From: Candidatus Firestoneibacteriota bacterium
GTDB lineage: Bacteria; Oederibacteriota; D2-FULL-39-29; JBBTED01
DNA: 64,000 bases
Direction of reading: 5' to 3'
NCBI GenBank assembly: GCA_038042445.1
Contig: JBBTED010000067.1
Span: forward strand, 15,309 to 79,308
The position numbers and the translations under genes are program-made. Below, one piece after another: positions 56,314-64,000 of the stretch (the stretch's first letter is position 1; every line of letters starts with the position of its first letter). The notes below the pieces were generated by a model. It searched no databases, had not been told where the DNA came from, and worked only from the letters and a program-made list of their open reading frames with translations.

Positions 56314-57243
56314 ATGACTACTATATTTTTTTGGATAATTCAATTAATTCTTGTGCCTGCATTGTCGCCACTTGGAATTGGGGTGATTAGGAAATTAAAA
56401 GCGAAGTTTCAAAATCGTCAAGGGGCAAATATTTTTCAGCCATACAAAGATTTATGGAAACTTTTTCATAAAGATGAGGTAATAAGCACTGATGCTTCAT
56501 GGATTTTCAGATACGCACCGTTTATTGTATTTGCTGTTACTATTGTGGTTGGGTTCAGTATTCCACTTCTTGTTTCTTTTATTTCAAACACAGTGACGAG
56601 TGATATATTGGTTGTTGTTTATATGTTGTCTATTGGCACGTTTTTTTTGGCGCTGGCAGGTATGGATACTGGAAGCGCTTTTGGCGGATTTGGATCCAGT
56701 CGTGAGATGACCATATTTGCACTTGCTGAAGGCGGACTTATTTTTTCGCTTTTGACTCTTGGTCTTATAATTGGCACAACAAATCTGTTTGAAATTTCTG
56801 GTACTATTTCTTCTTCATACAGTCAATCTTTTTTGCCTATTTTGCTGTCTTTTTCAGGATTTTTTATAGTTTTACTGTCTGAAACTGCGCATTTTCCTTT
56901 TGACAATCCAGCTACGCACTTGGAACTAACTATGATTCACGAAGCAATGATATTGGAATATTCCGGAAAAAGATTGGCGCTTATGGAATGGGCTTCGGCA
57001 AATAAACTTTTGATATTTATATCTTTGGGCGCAAATCTGTTTTTTCCGTGGGGGATAGCTCATAGCACGGATATAAAAGCAATACTTGTGAGTATAATTG
57101 TTTTTGCTGTAAAATTATTTATTTTTTATGGAGCAATTGCTGTTATTGAATCAAGTATTGCCAAGTTTAGGTTTTTTCGTTTGCCTGATTTGTTAATGAT
57201 TTCTTTTATTCTTAATGGAATTGCAATAGGTTTAATACTATGA
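56314..57243 (+). CDS. HyfC/NuoH-like membrane subunit
   Basis: FQPY.DL.KL, GSSRE, DNPATHLELTMIHEAMILEYSG. Confidence 0.92.
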   Translation: MTTIFFWIIQLILVPALSPLGIGVIRKLKAKFQNRQGANIFQPYKDLWKLFHKDEVISTDASWIFRYAPFIVFAVTIVVGFSIPLLVSFISNTVTSDILVVVYMLSIGTFFLALAGMDTGSAFGGFGSSREMTIFALAEGGLIFSLLTLGLIIGTTNLFEISGTISSSYSQSFLPILLSFSGFFIVLLSETAHFPFDNPATHLELTMIHEAMILEYSGKRLALMEWASANKLLIFISLGANLFFPWGIAHSTDIKAILVSIIVFAVKLFIFYGAIAVIESSIAKFRFFRLPDLLMISFILNGIAIGLIL

Positions 57244-57893
57244 GTATGAATATGGCATTTTCACAATTGTTATTGACGATATTTTTTCTCACAATTATTT
57301 TTTTGCATACTGCGAAAAAAAATTTTTGGGTTGCAGTTATGTATGGTATTCAGTCCTTAACAGTTGTTCTATTATTGGTCAGATTTTTTTTAGAAACGGG
57401 CAATGTTGCTTTGCTTCTGATTGCTTTGCTTACATTGATTATCAAAATTATCTTAGCTCCGGTATTTATTATTCGATTGATTAAAAAACACGAATTAAAA
57501 TTTTCTGCTAGTACTTATGTTAATACGCCGATTGCTTTAATTATGGTAGCTACGTTTACAGCTATAGCTCATTCGCATTTATTTGCTCCGCTTATCGGAA
57601 TTATTCCTGTTAATCAAAAACTGTTGGCTATTGCGCTTTCTTCAATATTCATCTCTTTGTTTTTAATAATTAATCGCAAAGGAGCTCTTTCTCAAATCAT
57701 CGGTATTTTATCATTAGAAAACAGTATTGTTGTGTTTGGTCTGTTTGCTGGTTTGGAGCAGTCTTTGGGTTTGCAAATTGGAATTATATTTGATATTTTT
57801 GTTTGGTTTATGATTGCAACTGTGTTTATATCAATGATTTATAAACATTTTGGATCACTTGATGTAACTGAAATGAAAGAGCTAAAGGATTAA
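57240..57893 (+). CDS. HyfE-like membrane subunit
   Basis: SQIIG.LSLENS, GIIFD; position in operon. Confidence 0.85.
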   Translation: MSMNMAFSQLLLTIFFLTIIFLHTAKKNFWVAVMYGIQSLTVVLLLVRFFLETGNVALLLIALLTLIIKIILAPVFIIRLIKKHELKFSASTYVNTPIALIMVATFTAIAHSHLFAPLIGIIPVNQKLLAIALSSIFISLFLIINRKGALSQIIGILSLENSIVVFGLFAGLEQSLGLQIGIIFDIFVWFMIATVFISMIYKHFGSLDVTEMKELKD

Positions 57894-57901
57894 AATTAAT
57901 T

Positions 57902-59344
57902 ATGGAACTAATCATTCTTTTTATATCTATTTTTATTGCTGTTGTAGTGTGTCTTATTGTCAGACACAGAGGCATTATTGAGTGTATTTCAGTTATTGCT
58001 TCGCTTATTGCGTTTGTTGCTTCAGTTATGATTGTTTTTAAAGTTGTTGCTTTAGGAATTTATGCTCCGTTTCAATTTTTTTCTGTGGATGCGCTTGGTG
58101 CCATTATAATGCTTCTAATTGCTCTTGTTGGATTTGCTGCTACAATGTATTCTGTTTGGTATCTTAGGGAAGAAACTGCCAATCAAGTTATTGGATTTAC
58201 ACGAGTTAAGCAATATTTTATTTTGTTGAATCTTTTTCTTGGAGCGATGTTTCTTGCAGTTGTGTCAAGTAATCCTATTTTTACATGGATTTCTATTGAA
58301 GCCACAACACTTTCAACAGCTTTTCTTATCAGTTTTTACAATAAGCCAGCAGCTATGGAGGCGGCTTGGAAATATTTGATTATAAATTCAATTGGTTTGC
58401 TGTTAGGGTTTTTTGGGACATTGCTATATTTTACATCATTACAAGCAACTGGAGGAGGAGGTTTGGCGACTTGGAATAGTTTATTGTCAAACGCTGCGCA
58501 TCTTAATCCTTCGATTGCCAAAATAGCATTTATTTTTATTTTGATTGGTTATGGCACAAAAGTTGGTCTTGTTCCTATGCATACATGGCTTCCTGATGCG
58601 CATAGTAAAGCTCCTGCGCCTATTAGCGCATTACTTTCAGGAGTGCTTTTAAATGTTGCGTTTATCGCGATGTTACGTTTCAAAGTAATCACTGATGCAT
58701 CTGTTGGATCTGGTTTTTCACAGAAACTATTGATTGCTTTTGGTTTAATATCAATTATTGTTGCTTCTTTGATTATCTTTACTCAAAAAAATTACAAGCG
58801 ATTACTTGCGTATTCAAGTATTGAAAATATGGGAATCGTAACACTTGGTTTTGGTTTTGGTGGGTTAGGTGTTTTTGCTGCCATTCTCCATATAATTTAT
58901 CATTCCCTTATCAAATCCGCGCTTTTTTTCTCTACAGGCAATATGTTGCTCAAGTATAATTCTGCCAAAATTAAAGATGTAAAAGGCGCGATAAATGTTA
59001 TTCCTATAACAAGCATACTATTTCTAACAGGTTTTTTTGCAATTACAGGTACGCCACCATTTGGAATATTTCTTACCAAAATATTCATTTTGTCAGCTGG
59101 GATACAAACGCATCTTGTAATAACTATTATAGCGATATTTTTTATGGCTATTCTTTTTATAGGGTTTTTTAAACATGTTGTTGCAATGATTTTTGGAGAA
59201 CAGTCTGCTGATATTAAAACTGGAGAAGCAAGTATGTGGCTTATTGTTCCACAGTTTGCACTTGTAGCCATAGCATTTTATTTGAGTTTTCATATTCCAT
59301 CGTTTATTCATACTCTAATAACTGTTGCAGTATCACATTATTAA
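57902..59344 (+). CDS. HyfF-like antiporter-type membrane subunit
   Basis: IEATTL, EAAWKY, GTKVGL.PMHTWLPDAHS, KRLLAYSSIE. Confidence 0.92.
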   Translation: MELIILFISIFIAVVVCLIVRHRGIIECISVIASLIAFVASVMIVFKVVALGIYAPFQFFSVDALGAIIMLLIALVGFAATMYSVWYLREETANQVIGFTRVKQYFILLNLFLGAMFLAVVSSNPIFTWISIEATTLSTAFLISFYNKPAAMEAAWKYLIINSIGLLLGFFGTLLYFTSLQATGGGGLATWNSLLSNAAHLNPSIAKIAFIFILIGYGTKVGLVPMHTWLPDAHSKAPAPISALLSGVLLNVAFIAMLRFKVITDASVGSGFSQKLLIAFGLISIIVASLIIFTQKNYKRLLAYSSIENMGIVTLGFGFGGLGVFAAILHIIYHSLIKSALFFSTGNMLLKYNSAKIKDVKGAINVIPITSILFLTGFFAITGTPPFGIFLTKIFILSAGIQTHLVITIIAIFFMAILFIGFFKHVVAMIFGEQSADIKTGEASMWLIVPQFALVAIAFYLSFHIPSFIHTLITVAVSHY

Positions 59345-59345
59345 T

Positions 59346-60914
59346 ATGACAATGAAAAACATAGAGAATTATATTCCTCAACATATAAATGCAGAGATAT
59401 GTGGTAATACAGCTGTTTTTGAAATTTCTTCTTCCAAGATAATTGAATTTGCTCGTCATTTGCGTGATGATAAAAATCTCTCGTTAAAATTAATAACAGC
59501 GACTGATGAAAGAGAAGAATATGGATGTTTTAAAATATGGTATGTTTTTGGAGTTAAGAAAGAGAATGTTTTTATTATTCCCTATATTAAATTAAAAAAT
59601 ATGGAAGAATTTCCTTCTCTTACTTCTGTATTTCACGAAGCATGGAATTATGAGAGAAAAATACAAACCTTTTTTGGGCTCAAACCTATTGGTCATCCTG
59701 ATTCAAGAATGATTATTCTTCATGAAAATTGGCCAATTGATGTTTTTCCTTTGAGGAAAGATTTCAATTGGCAAACAAAACCGAAGTTGGCGCATAATGT
59801 CTATAATTTTCAAAATGTTGAGGGCGAAGGCATTTATGAAATTCCAGTTGGTCCGATTCATGCCGGTATTATTGAACCCGGACATTTTAGATTTACAGTT
59901 GCAGGAGAAGAAATTATGTTTTTAGAATCGAGACTTGGATTTACGCATAAAGGTAGTGAGAAATTGTTTGAAATACTATCTCTTGCTGAAAAAGTTCGTC
60001 TTTCGGAAAAAATTTCCGGAGATAGTTCGTTTAGTCATTCACTAACTTTTTGTCAGACAGTGGAACAATTAAGTGGTATCACAGTGCAAAGTAGAGTGCG
60101 TTATTTACGGGTTATATATGCAGAATTAGAACGATTAGCAAATCATTTTGGCGATATCGGTGCTATTATGCTTGATGCAGGTTTTAATTTTGGCGGTAGT
60201 AATGGTGCGAGGTTACGGGAAATGATTATGCAACTCAATGAGCGATTGACAGGAAGCAGGTTTTTGCGTGGAGTAAATGCAATAGGTGGAGTTACTAAAG
60301 ACATTAATATCAAAGAAATGAATGTATTATCTAGTAATCTCACAAAAATATATGAAGACTTTTTAGAAGTTATTGCAGTGGCGGAAAATAGTACATCTCT
60401 AATTAATCGTTTAAAAGATACTGGTGTTTTGACGTATGAAATTGCAAAAGATCATGGTGTGATGGGAGTTGCAGGTAGAGCTGTTGGAATACCAAGTGAT
60501 GCGCGTATTGATTATCCATACGCAGCTTATGATGAGTTTTCTATAGGTGAGGTTGCAATTGAACAAAGCGGAGATGTTTATGCGAGGTTTCACGTTCGTA
60601 TCAAAGAAGTGGATGCATCAATTAAAGTGATCCAACAAGCATTGCAGAAAATGCCGGAAGAGGGCGTAATTTCTCCTGTAGATATTGTGCTTAAAAAAAA
60701 TGCGTTAGCTGTGAGTATTGTTGAAGGATGGAGAGGGGAGATTGTATATTTTGTGACAACGGATTCGCGTGGAATTATTAGCCGAGTAGCTGTACGTGAT
60801 CCATCGTTTATAAATTGGACAGCGCTTGGGTATGCCGGTTTCGGTAATGTAGTTCCAGATTTCCCATTGATCAATAAAAGTTTTAATCTATCCTATTCAG
60901 GAAACGATCTCTAA
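59346..60914 (+). CDS. NuoC/D-fused large subunit lacking NiFe ligands (Ehr-type)
   Basis: VGPIHAGIIEPGHFRF; ISGDS and SFNLSYSGNDL in place of the two CxxC motifs. Confidence 0.92.
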   Translation: MTMKNIENYIPQHINAEICGNTAVFEISSSKIIEFARHLRDDKNLSLKLITATDEREEYGCFKIWYVFGVKKENVFIIPYIKLKNMEEFPSLTSVFHEAWNYERKIQTFFGLKPIGHPDSRMIILHENWPIDVFPLRKDFNWQTKPKLAHNVYNFQNVEGEGIYEIPVGPIHAGIIEPGHFRFTVAGEEIMFLESRLGFTHKGSEKLFEILSLAEKVRLSEKISGDSSFSHSLTFCQTVEQLSGITVQSRVRYLRVIYAELERLANHFGDIGAIMLDAGFNFGGSNGARLREMIMQLNERLTGSRFLRGVNAIGGVTKDINIKEMNVLSSNLTKIYEDFLEVIAVAENSTSLINRLKDTGVLTYEIAKDHGVMGVAGRAVGIPSDARIDYPYAAYDEFSIGEVAIEQSGDVYARFHVRIKEVDASIKVIQQALQKMPEEGVISPVDIVLKKNALAVSIVEGWRGEIVYFVTTDSRGIISRVAVRDPSFINWTALGYAGFGNVVPDFPLINKSFNLSYSGNDL

Positions 60915-60922
60915 TTTAATAA

Positions 60923-60967
60923 AAATCCCCCTTAGTCCCCCTTTAATAAAGGGGTTAGGGGAGATTT
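60923..60967. terminator. Palindromic repeat between convergent operons (probable bidirectional terminator)
   Basis: AAATCCCCCTTAGTCCCCCTTTAATAAAGGGGTTAGGGGAGATTT. Confidence 0.65.
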
Positions 60968-60969
60968 TA

Positions 60970-63159
60970 TTATAACATCGATGGCATAGTCAGAGCGGGA
61001 TGATTTACTTTTTGTAAGAATGCCAGTAATTCTTCTGGGGTTGTTGCTGTAGTTTCATCAGCAATTTTTTCAAGAAAATCAGATGCCCCGAGTTCTTCAG
61101 CTCTTTTCTTAAATCTTTCGGCTAAAGCTTCTTTGAGTTCTTTTGGCATCCATACAATTCTTAAAAATCCGCCATCTGCAGAAATAAATTTCTTGCTTGT
61201 AAGATACATTCTGCCTACACCGATAAATCCTGGGGTTTGCAAGCCACCGCCAACTGTTCCAGCTAATGTGCTAAATGTCATTCCTGCTGGAGTCATACCG
61301 CCGTATCCACGTTGCACAACCATTACGCCATTAGCTTCAGGCACAACACCAACAATACATTCAAAACATCCGCAGGATGTCATTGGAGATTCAATCATTG
61401 AATAAGCAGAGAAATGTTCCAATTTGCCATGTGATTTTGCGGCTATAAGTTCATTTACGCCTTTCCATTCACCAGTTTTTGAATTTATAGTTTCACCTTT
61501 TGCTACTGGTTGGTTTGCTCCTGCTGGATTTATTTCATAAGCAGCTTTTCCATCAAGCCAGCTGTATGCTCCGCATAATCCTAATCTTTCTGGTGTAATT
61601 ATACACAGATGGTCAGGTGCATAGGATTGGCATAAAGCACAGGAATAGAAAATATCAATATCTTCGTCTTTCATTCCGCCTATTCGTTCGTCTCTTTCTT
61701 TATATGCAGCTTGTGCTTCAGGCATCATTTTATCGACATCTTCTTGTTTAGTATAAAGAGTTACCTGAACTTTATCAATTATTGCAGGAAATTCGCTCAA
61801 TAATTTTGCATGTAATATTACACCTAAATGTTTGAATTTGAATCCGGCTTTTCTTGTATCTTTGCTGATTCTTACCCACATAAGATCTCTTTGTCCTATG
61901 TGCATTACACCAAGCGCTTCACTTAAAAAAGTATGGAATCTTCTTTCTAAAATAGATTCAAATTCTTTTTGCATTTTTCTGCCGGCAACTTCAACAAAAA
62001 TTCCAAACGGTAAAACTCCTGCATCAGCGATTTCGTCAATTTCAGGACCTATAACTTCTATTTTGCCATCCTGAACTTCATCCATATCGCGCATTTTTAA
62101 ATATTCATAAGCTTTTGAATATTTACCACCAAATTCTACACCGATATGTTCTTTTCTTACTCTTTCACCTTCAAATGCAGGTCCATAAGATACAGGAATT
62201 GGAAGTTTTTCAACTTTGATTTTTAAACCGCGGACTTCTATACCTTTTGCTACTATATCAGAAAGCGGTATCTTAGATACAACGTGTTCATAAGTGCAAA
62301 CACCTGTAGGCAATATTTGAGGTATATCTGTATCTGCAATTACAGGAAATCCAAAGTTTATTGCGCCTGCAGCAGTAGCGTATTTTTCATCATCAACTGT
62401 GCCAAGTGCTAATACAAATGCATTAACACGTTTTTTATTGTACAATAATATTTCTCTTGCTTGTTGTAAATTTCCTGGTTGTAATCCGCCAAATGTCATT
62501 GCTGATCTTGCTGCAAAATTTAGTGCATAGATGCTGGCACTTGTGTCTTTACCAAAAGGAACAATGTAAGTATCCCATCCAAGCTGAATTCCTTCTTCAT
62601 CAAGCTGTTCTGCTATACTTTTTCCATTAGTATTGCTTGCTATAAATACAAGTATTTTTTTCTCCTGTAACTCACGAATTAATTTTACAGCTTCTTCATT
62701 TGTAGGACAGGCTCCAACACAAGCAGCAAATCCAGGCATTCTTCCATCAACTAATTTTATTCCTTGTTCACGCAATATTGAATCATCTGCGAAACCCAAC
62801 CATATTCCAGAAACAGGGTTTGGGCCAATAAGGTATTTTAAAGATTCAATTATTTCTTCAGCAACCAAAGTTGCAATTCCAGCGTCTAATGTAGGCCCTA
62901 AATAAGGCAACCATACAGATTCAGAAGGGAGGGGGGGCAATAATTTTTTTGCTCTATCAAGTGGATCCCATAAATCTTTTAAGTATTGAACTTTTAACCC
63001 GAAAAATGCCAGAATTATTGGCAAGTAATACGCAGTATTCGGGTATTCTACTTTGCAATTTTCACCTTTTTGAGCTATTGCTTCTTTTAATTTTTCTTCA
63101 GCTTCTCGGACATATTTATGTGCACCTCTTATAGCTGCTGTTGCAATTATTTTTGACAT
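60970..63159 (-). CDS. acsB: CO-methylating acetyl-CoA synthase
   Basis: PNTAYYLP, CALCQSYAPDHLC, LCGAYSW, MTSCGCFEC A-cluster ligands; RBS AAGGAG. Confidence 0.96.
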   Translation of the reverse strand: MSKIIATAAIRGAHKYVREAEEKLKEAIAQKGENCKVEYPNTAYYLPIILAFFGLKVQYLKDLWDPLDRAKKLLPPLPSESVWLPYLGPTLDAGIATLVAEEIIESLKYLIGPNPVSGIWLGFADDSILREQGIKLVDGRMPGFAACVGACPTNEEAVKLIRELQEKKILVFIASNTNGKSIAEQLDEEGIQLGWDTYIVPFGKDTSASIYALNFAARSAMTFGGLQPGNLQQAREILLYNKKRVNAFVLALGTVDDEKYATAAGAINFGFPVIADTDIPQILPTGVCTYEHVVSKIPLSDIVAKGIEVRGLKIKVEKLPIPVSYGPAFEGERVRKEHIGVEFGGKYSKAYEYLKMRDMDEVQDGKIEVIGPEIDEIADAGVLPFGIFVEVAGRKMQKEFESILERRFHTFLSEALGVMHIGQRDLMWVRISKDTRKAGFKFKHLGVILHAKLLSEFPAIIDKVQVTLYTKQEDVDKMMPEAQAAYKERDERIGGMKDEDIDIFYSCALCQSYAPDHLCIITPERLGLCGAYSWLDGKAAYEINPAGANQPVAKGETINSKTGEWKGVNELIAAKSHGKLEHFSAYSMIESPMTSCGCFECIVGVVPEANGVMVVQRGYGGMTPAGMTFSTLAGTVGGGLQTPGFIGVGRMYLTSKKFISADGGFLRIVWMPKELKEALAERFKKRAEELGASDFLEKIADETTATTPEELLAFLQKVNHPALTMPSML

Positions 63160-63171
63160 AGATTACTCTCC

Positions 63172-63918
63172 TTATGTTATACTTGTCACATTAATTACAG
63201 TTGTTTTTCTTCTGCAATCCGGACAAATGTCTAATATTTCGTTAGTTAAATTAACTTTTTGCTTAACAATATTTAATTGCATTAAAGATGAAAACTTATT
63301 ATCACACATTTTGCATTTTACTAATTTAACACGTGTTTTCCATTTATCAAATATTACGTCATCTCCATTTTTCTGCATTACAATAGCATTTGTAGGGCAA
63401 ACATTTACACAGGCGCCGCATCCAATACAGGTTTCAGATTGTTTGCAAAACGGTGTTGATGCTTCGCGATGAACTCCACGATTTGAAAATCCTATTGCAG
63501 ATACATTTATTAATTCACTGCATACTCTCACGCATAGTCCACATAAAATACATTTTTCTTCCTGAATTGTAAATCTTGGTTTTTCTATTCCATATTCTTT
63601 TGCAAGAGCAATGATTTCAGGTGAAGATGAGGCGCGGGCTAATATAAATTCAATTACTAATCGTCTTGCACTTATTACTTTTTCAGATTTTGTTTCAATT
63701 ATCATATTGTTTTCAACGTGTCTACTACAGGAAGTAACTAAATCTGACCAGCTTTTCTTTTTTAATTCTACAATGCATACTCTACAGGCACTATAAGGGA
63801 CAATTGCAGGATGATGGCACAGAGTAGGAATTTTAATCCCTACTTTGTGCGCAGCATTTAATATGCTTGTGCCTTCTTCAACTTCAACTTCTTTATTGTC
63901 TATAGTTAATTTAATCAT
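63172..63918 (-). CDS. 2Fe-2S + 2x4Fe-4S protein (NuoG/HydA N-terminal-like)
   Basis: IPTLC...CRVC...SC; CILCGLCVRVC; CIGCGACVNVCP; C-terminal CxxC..CxxC. Confidence 0.9.
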   Translation of the reverse strand: MIKLTIDNKEVEVEEGTSILNAAHKVGIKIPTLCHHPAIVPYSACRVCIVELKKKSWSDLVTSCSRHVENNMIIETKSEKVISARRLVIEFILARASSSPEIIALAKEYGIEKPRFTIQEEKCILCGLCVRVCSELINVSAIGFSNRGVHREASTPFCKQSETCIGCGACVNVCPTNAIVMQKNGDDVIFDKWKTRVKLVKCKMCDNKFSSLMQLNIVKQKVNLTNEILDICPDCRRKTTVINVTSIT

Positions 63919-63930
63919 TTTTTACAATTT

Positions 63931-63994
63931 GTCATGCCGAACTTGTTTCGGCATCTCATTATGTTTTTAGATCCTGAAACAAGTTCAGGATGAC
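63931..63994. repeat. GTCATGCCGAACTTG...CAAGTTCAGGATGAC doublet
   Basis: Two inverted hairpins; related to 17554. Confidence 0.8.
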
Positions 63995-64000
63995 AAAAAC

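Noticed and set aside
59346..60914. Functional NiFe hydrogenase or formate hydrogenlyase
   Set aside because: Both CxxC nickel-binding motifs are absent and no maturases or formate dehydrogenase are nearby.

Overview
AT-rich bacterial chromosomal window (standard code; mostly + strand) from a probably diderm anaerobe. The PorV/FlgD-type secreted proteins and Wood-Ljungdahl acsB fit a groundwater lineage such as Elusimicrobiota or relatives, but the taxonomy is inference only. Housekeeping frame: DUF4912/GH57, rho-rpmE-prfA-prmC ... murA, pyk, copper ATPase, cutA, polX, tRNA-Ser(GGA). Highlights read from the sequence: (1) an ~11.7 kb integrase-free island between prmC and murA, bounded by a 23/24-bp direct repeat of the prmC 3' end, carrying a MazF-type TA pair and a coupled module of FlgD-tailed repeat protein + PorV-barrel/caspase fusion + two lipoproteins; (2) a hydrogenase-4-related (Ehr-like) membrane complex whose small subunit has three of four Fe-S cysteines replaced by Asp, directly behind an octaheme nitrite reductase; (3) a DUF2294/MpsC gene followed by a promoter, a leader terminator hairpin and a gamma-carbonic anhydrase (candidate attenuator); (4) a very dense set of palindromic REP-like repeats from several families, some nested in MITE shells and several translated in frame inside signal peptides or loops; (5) a duplicated tRNA 3' end with an insert in the T-loop; (6) an uncharacterised sugar catabolic operon, plus several pseudogenes and micro-ORFs. 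All family assignments are from motif recognition, not database searches.
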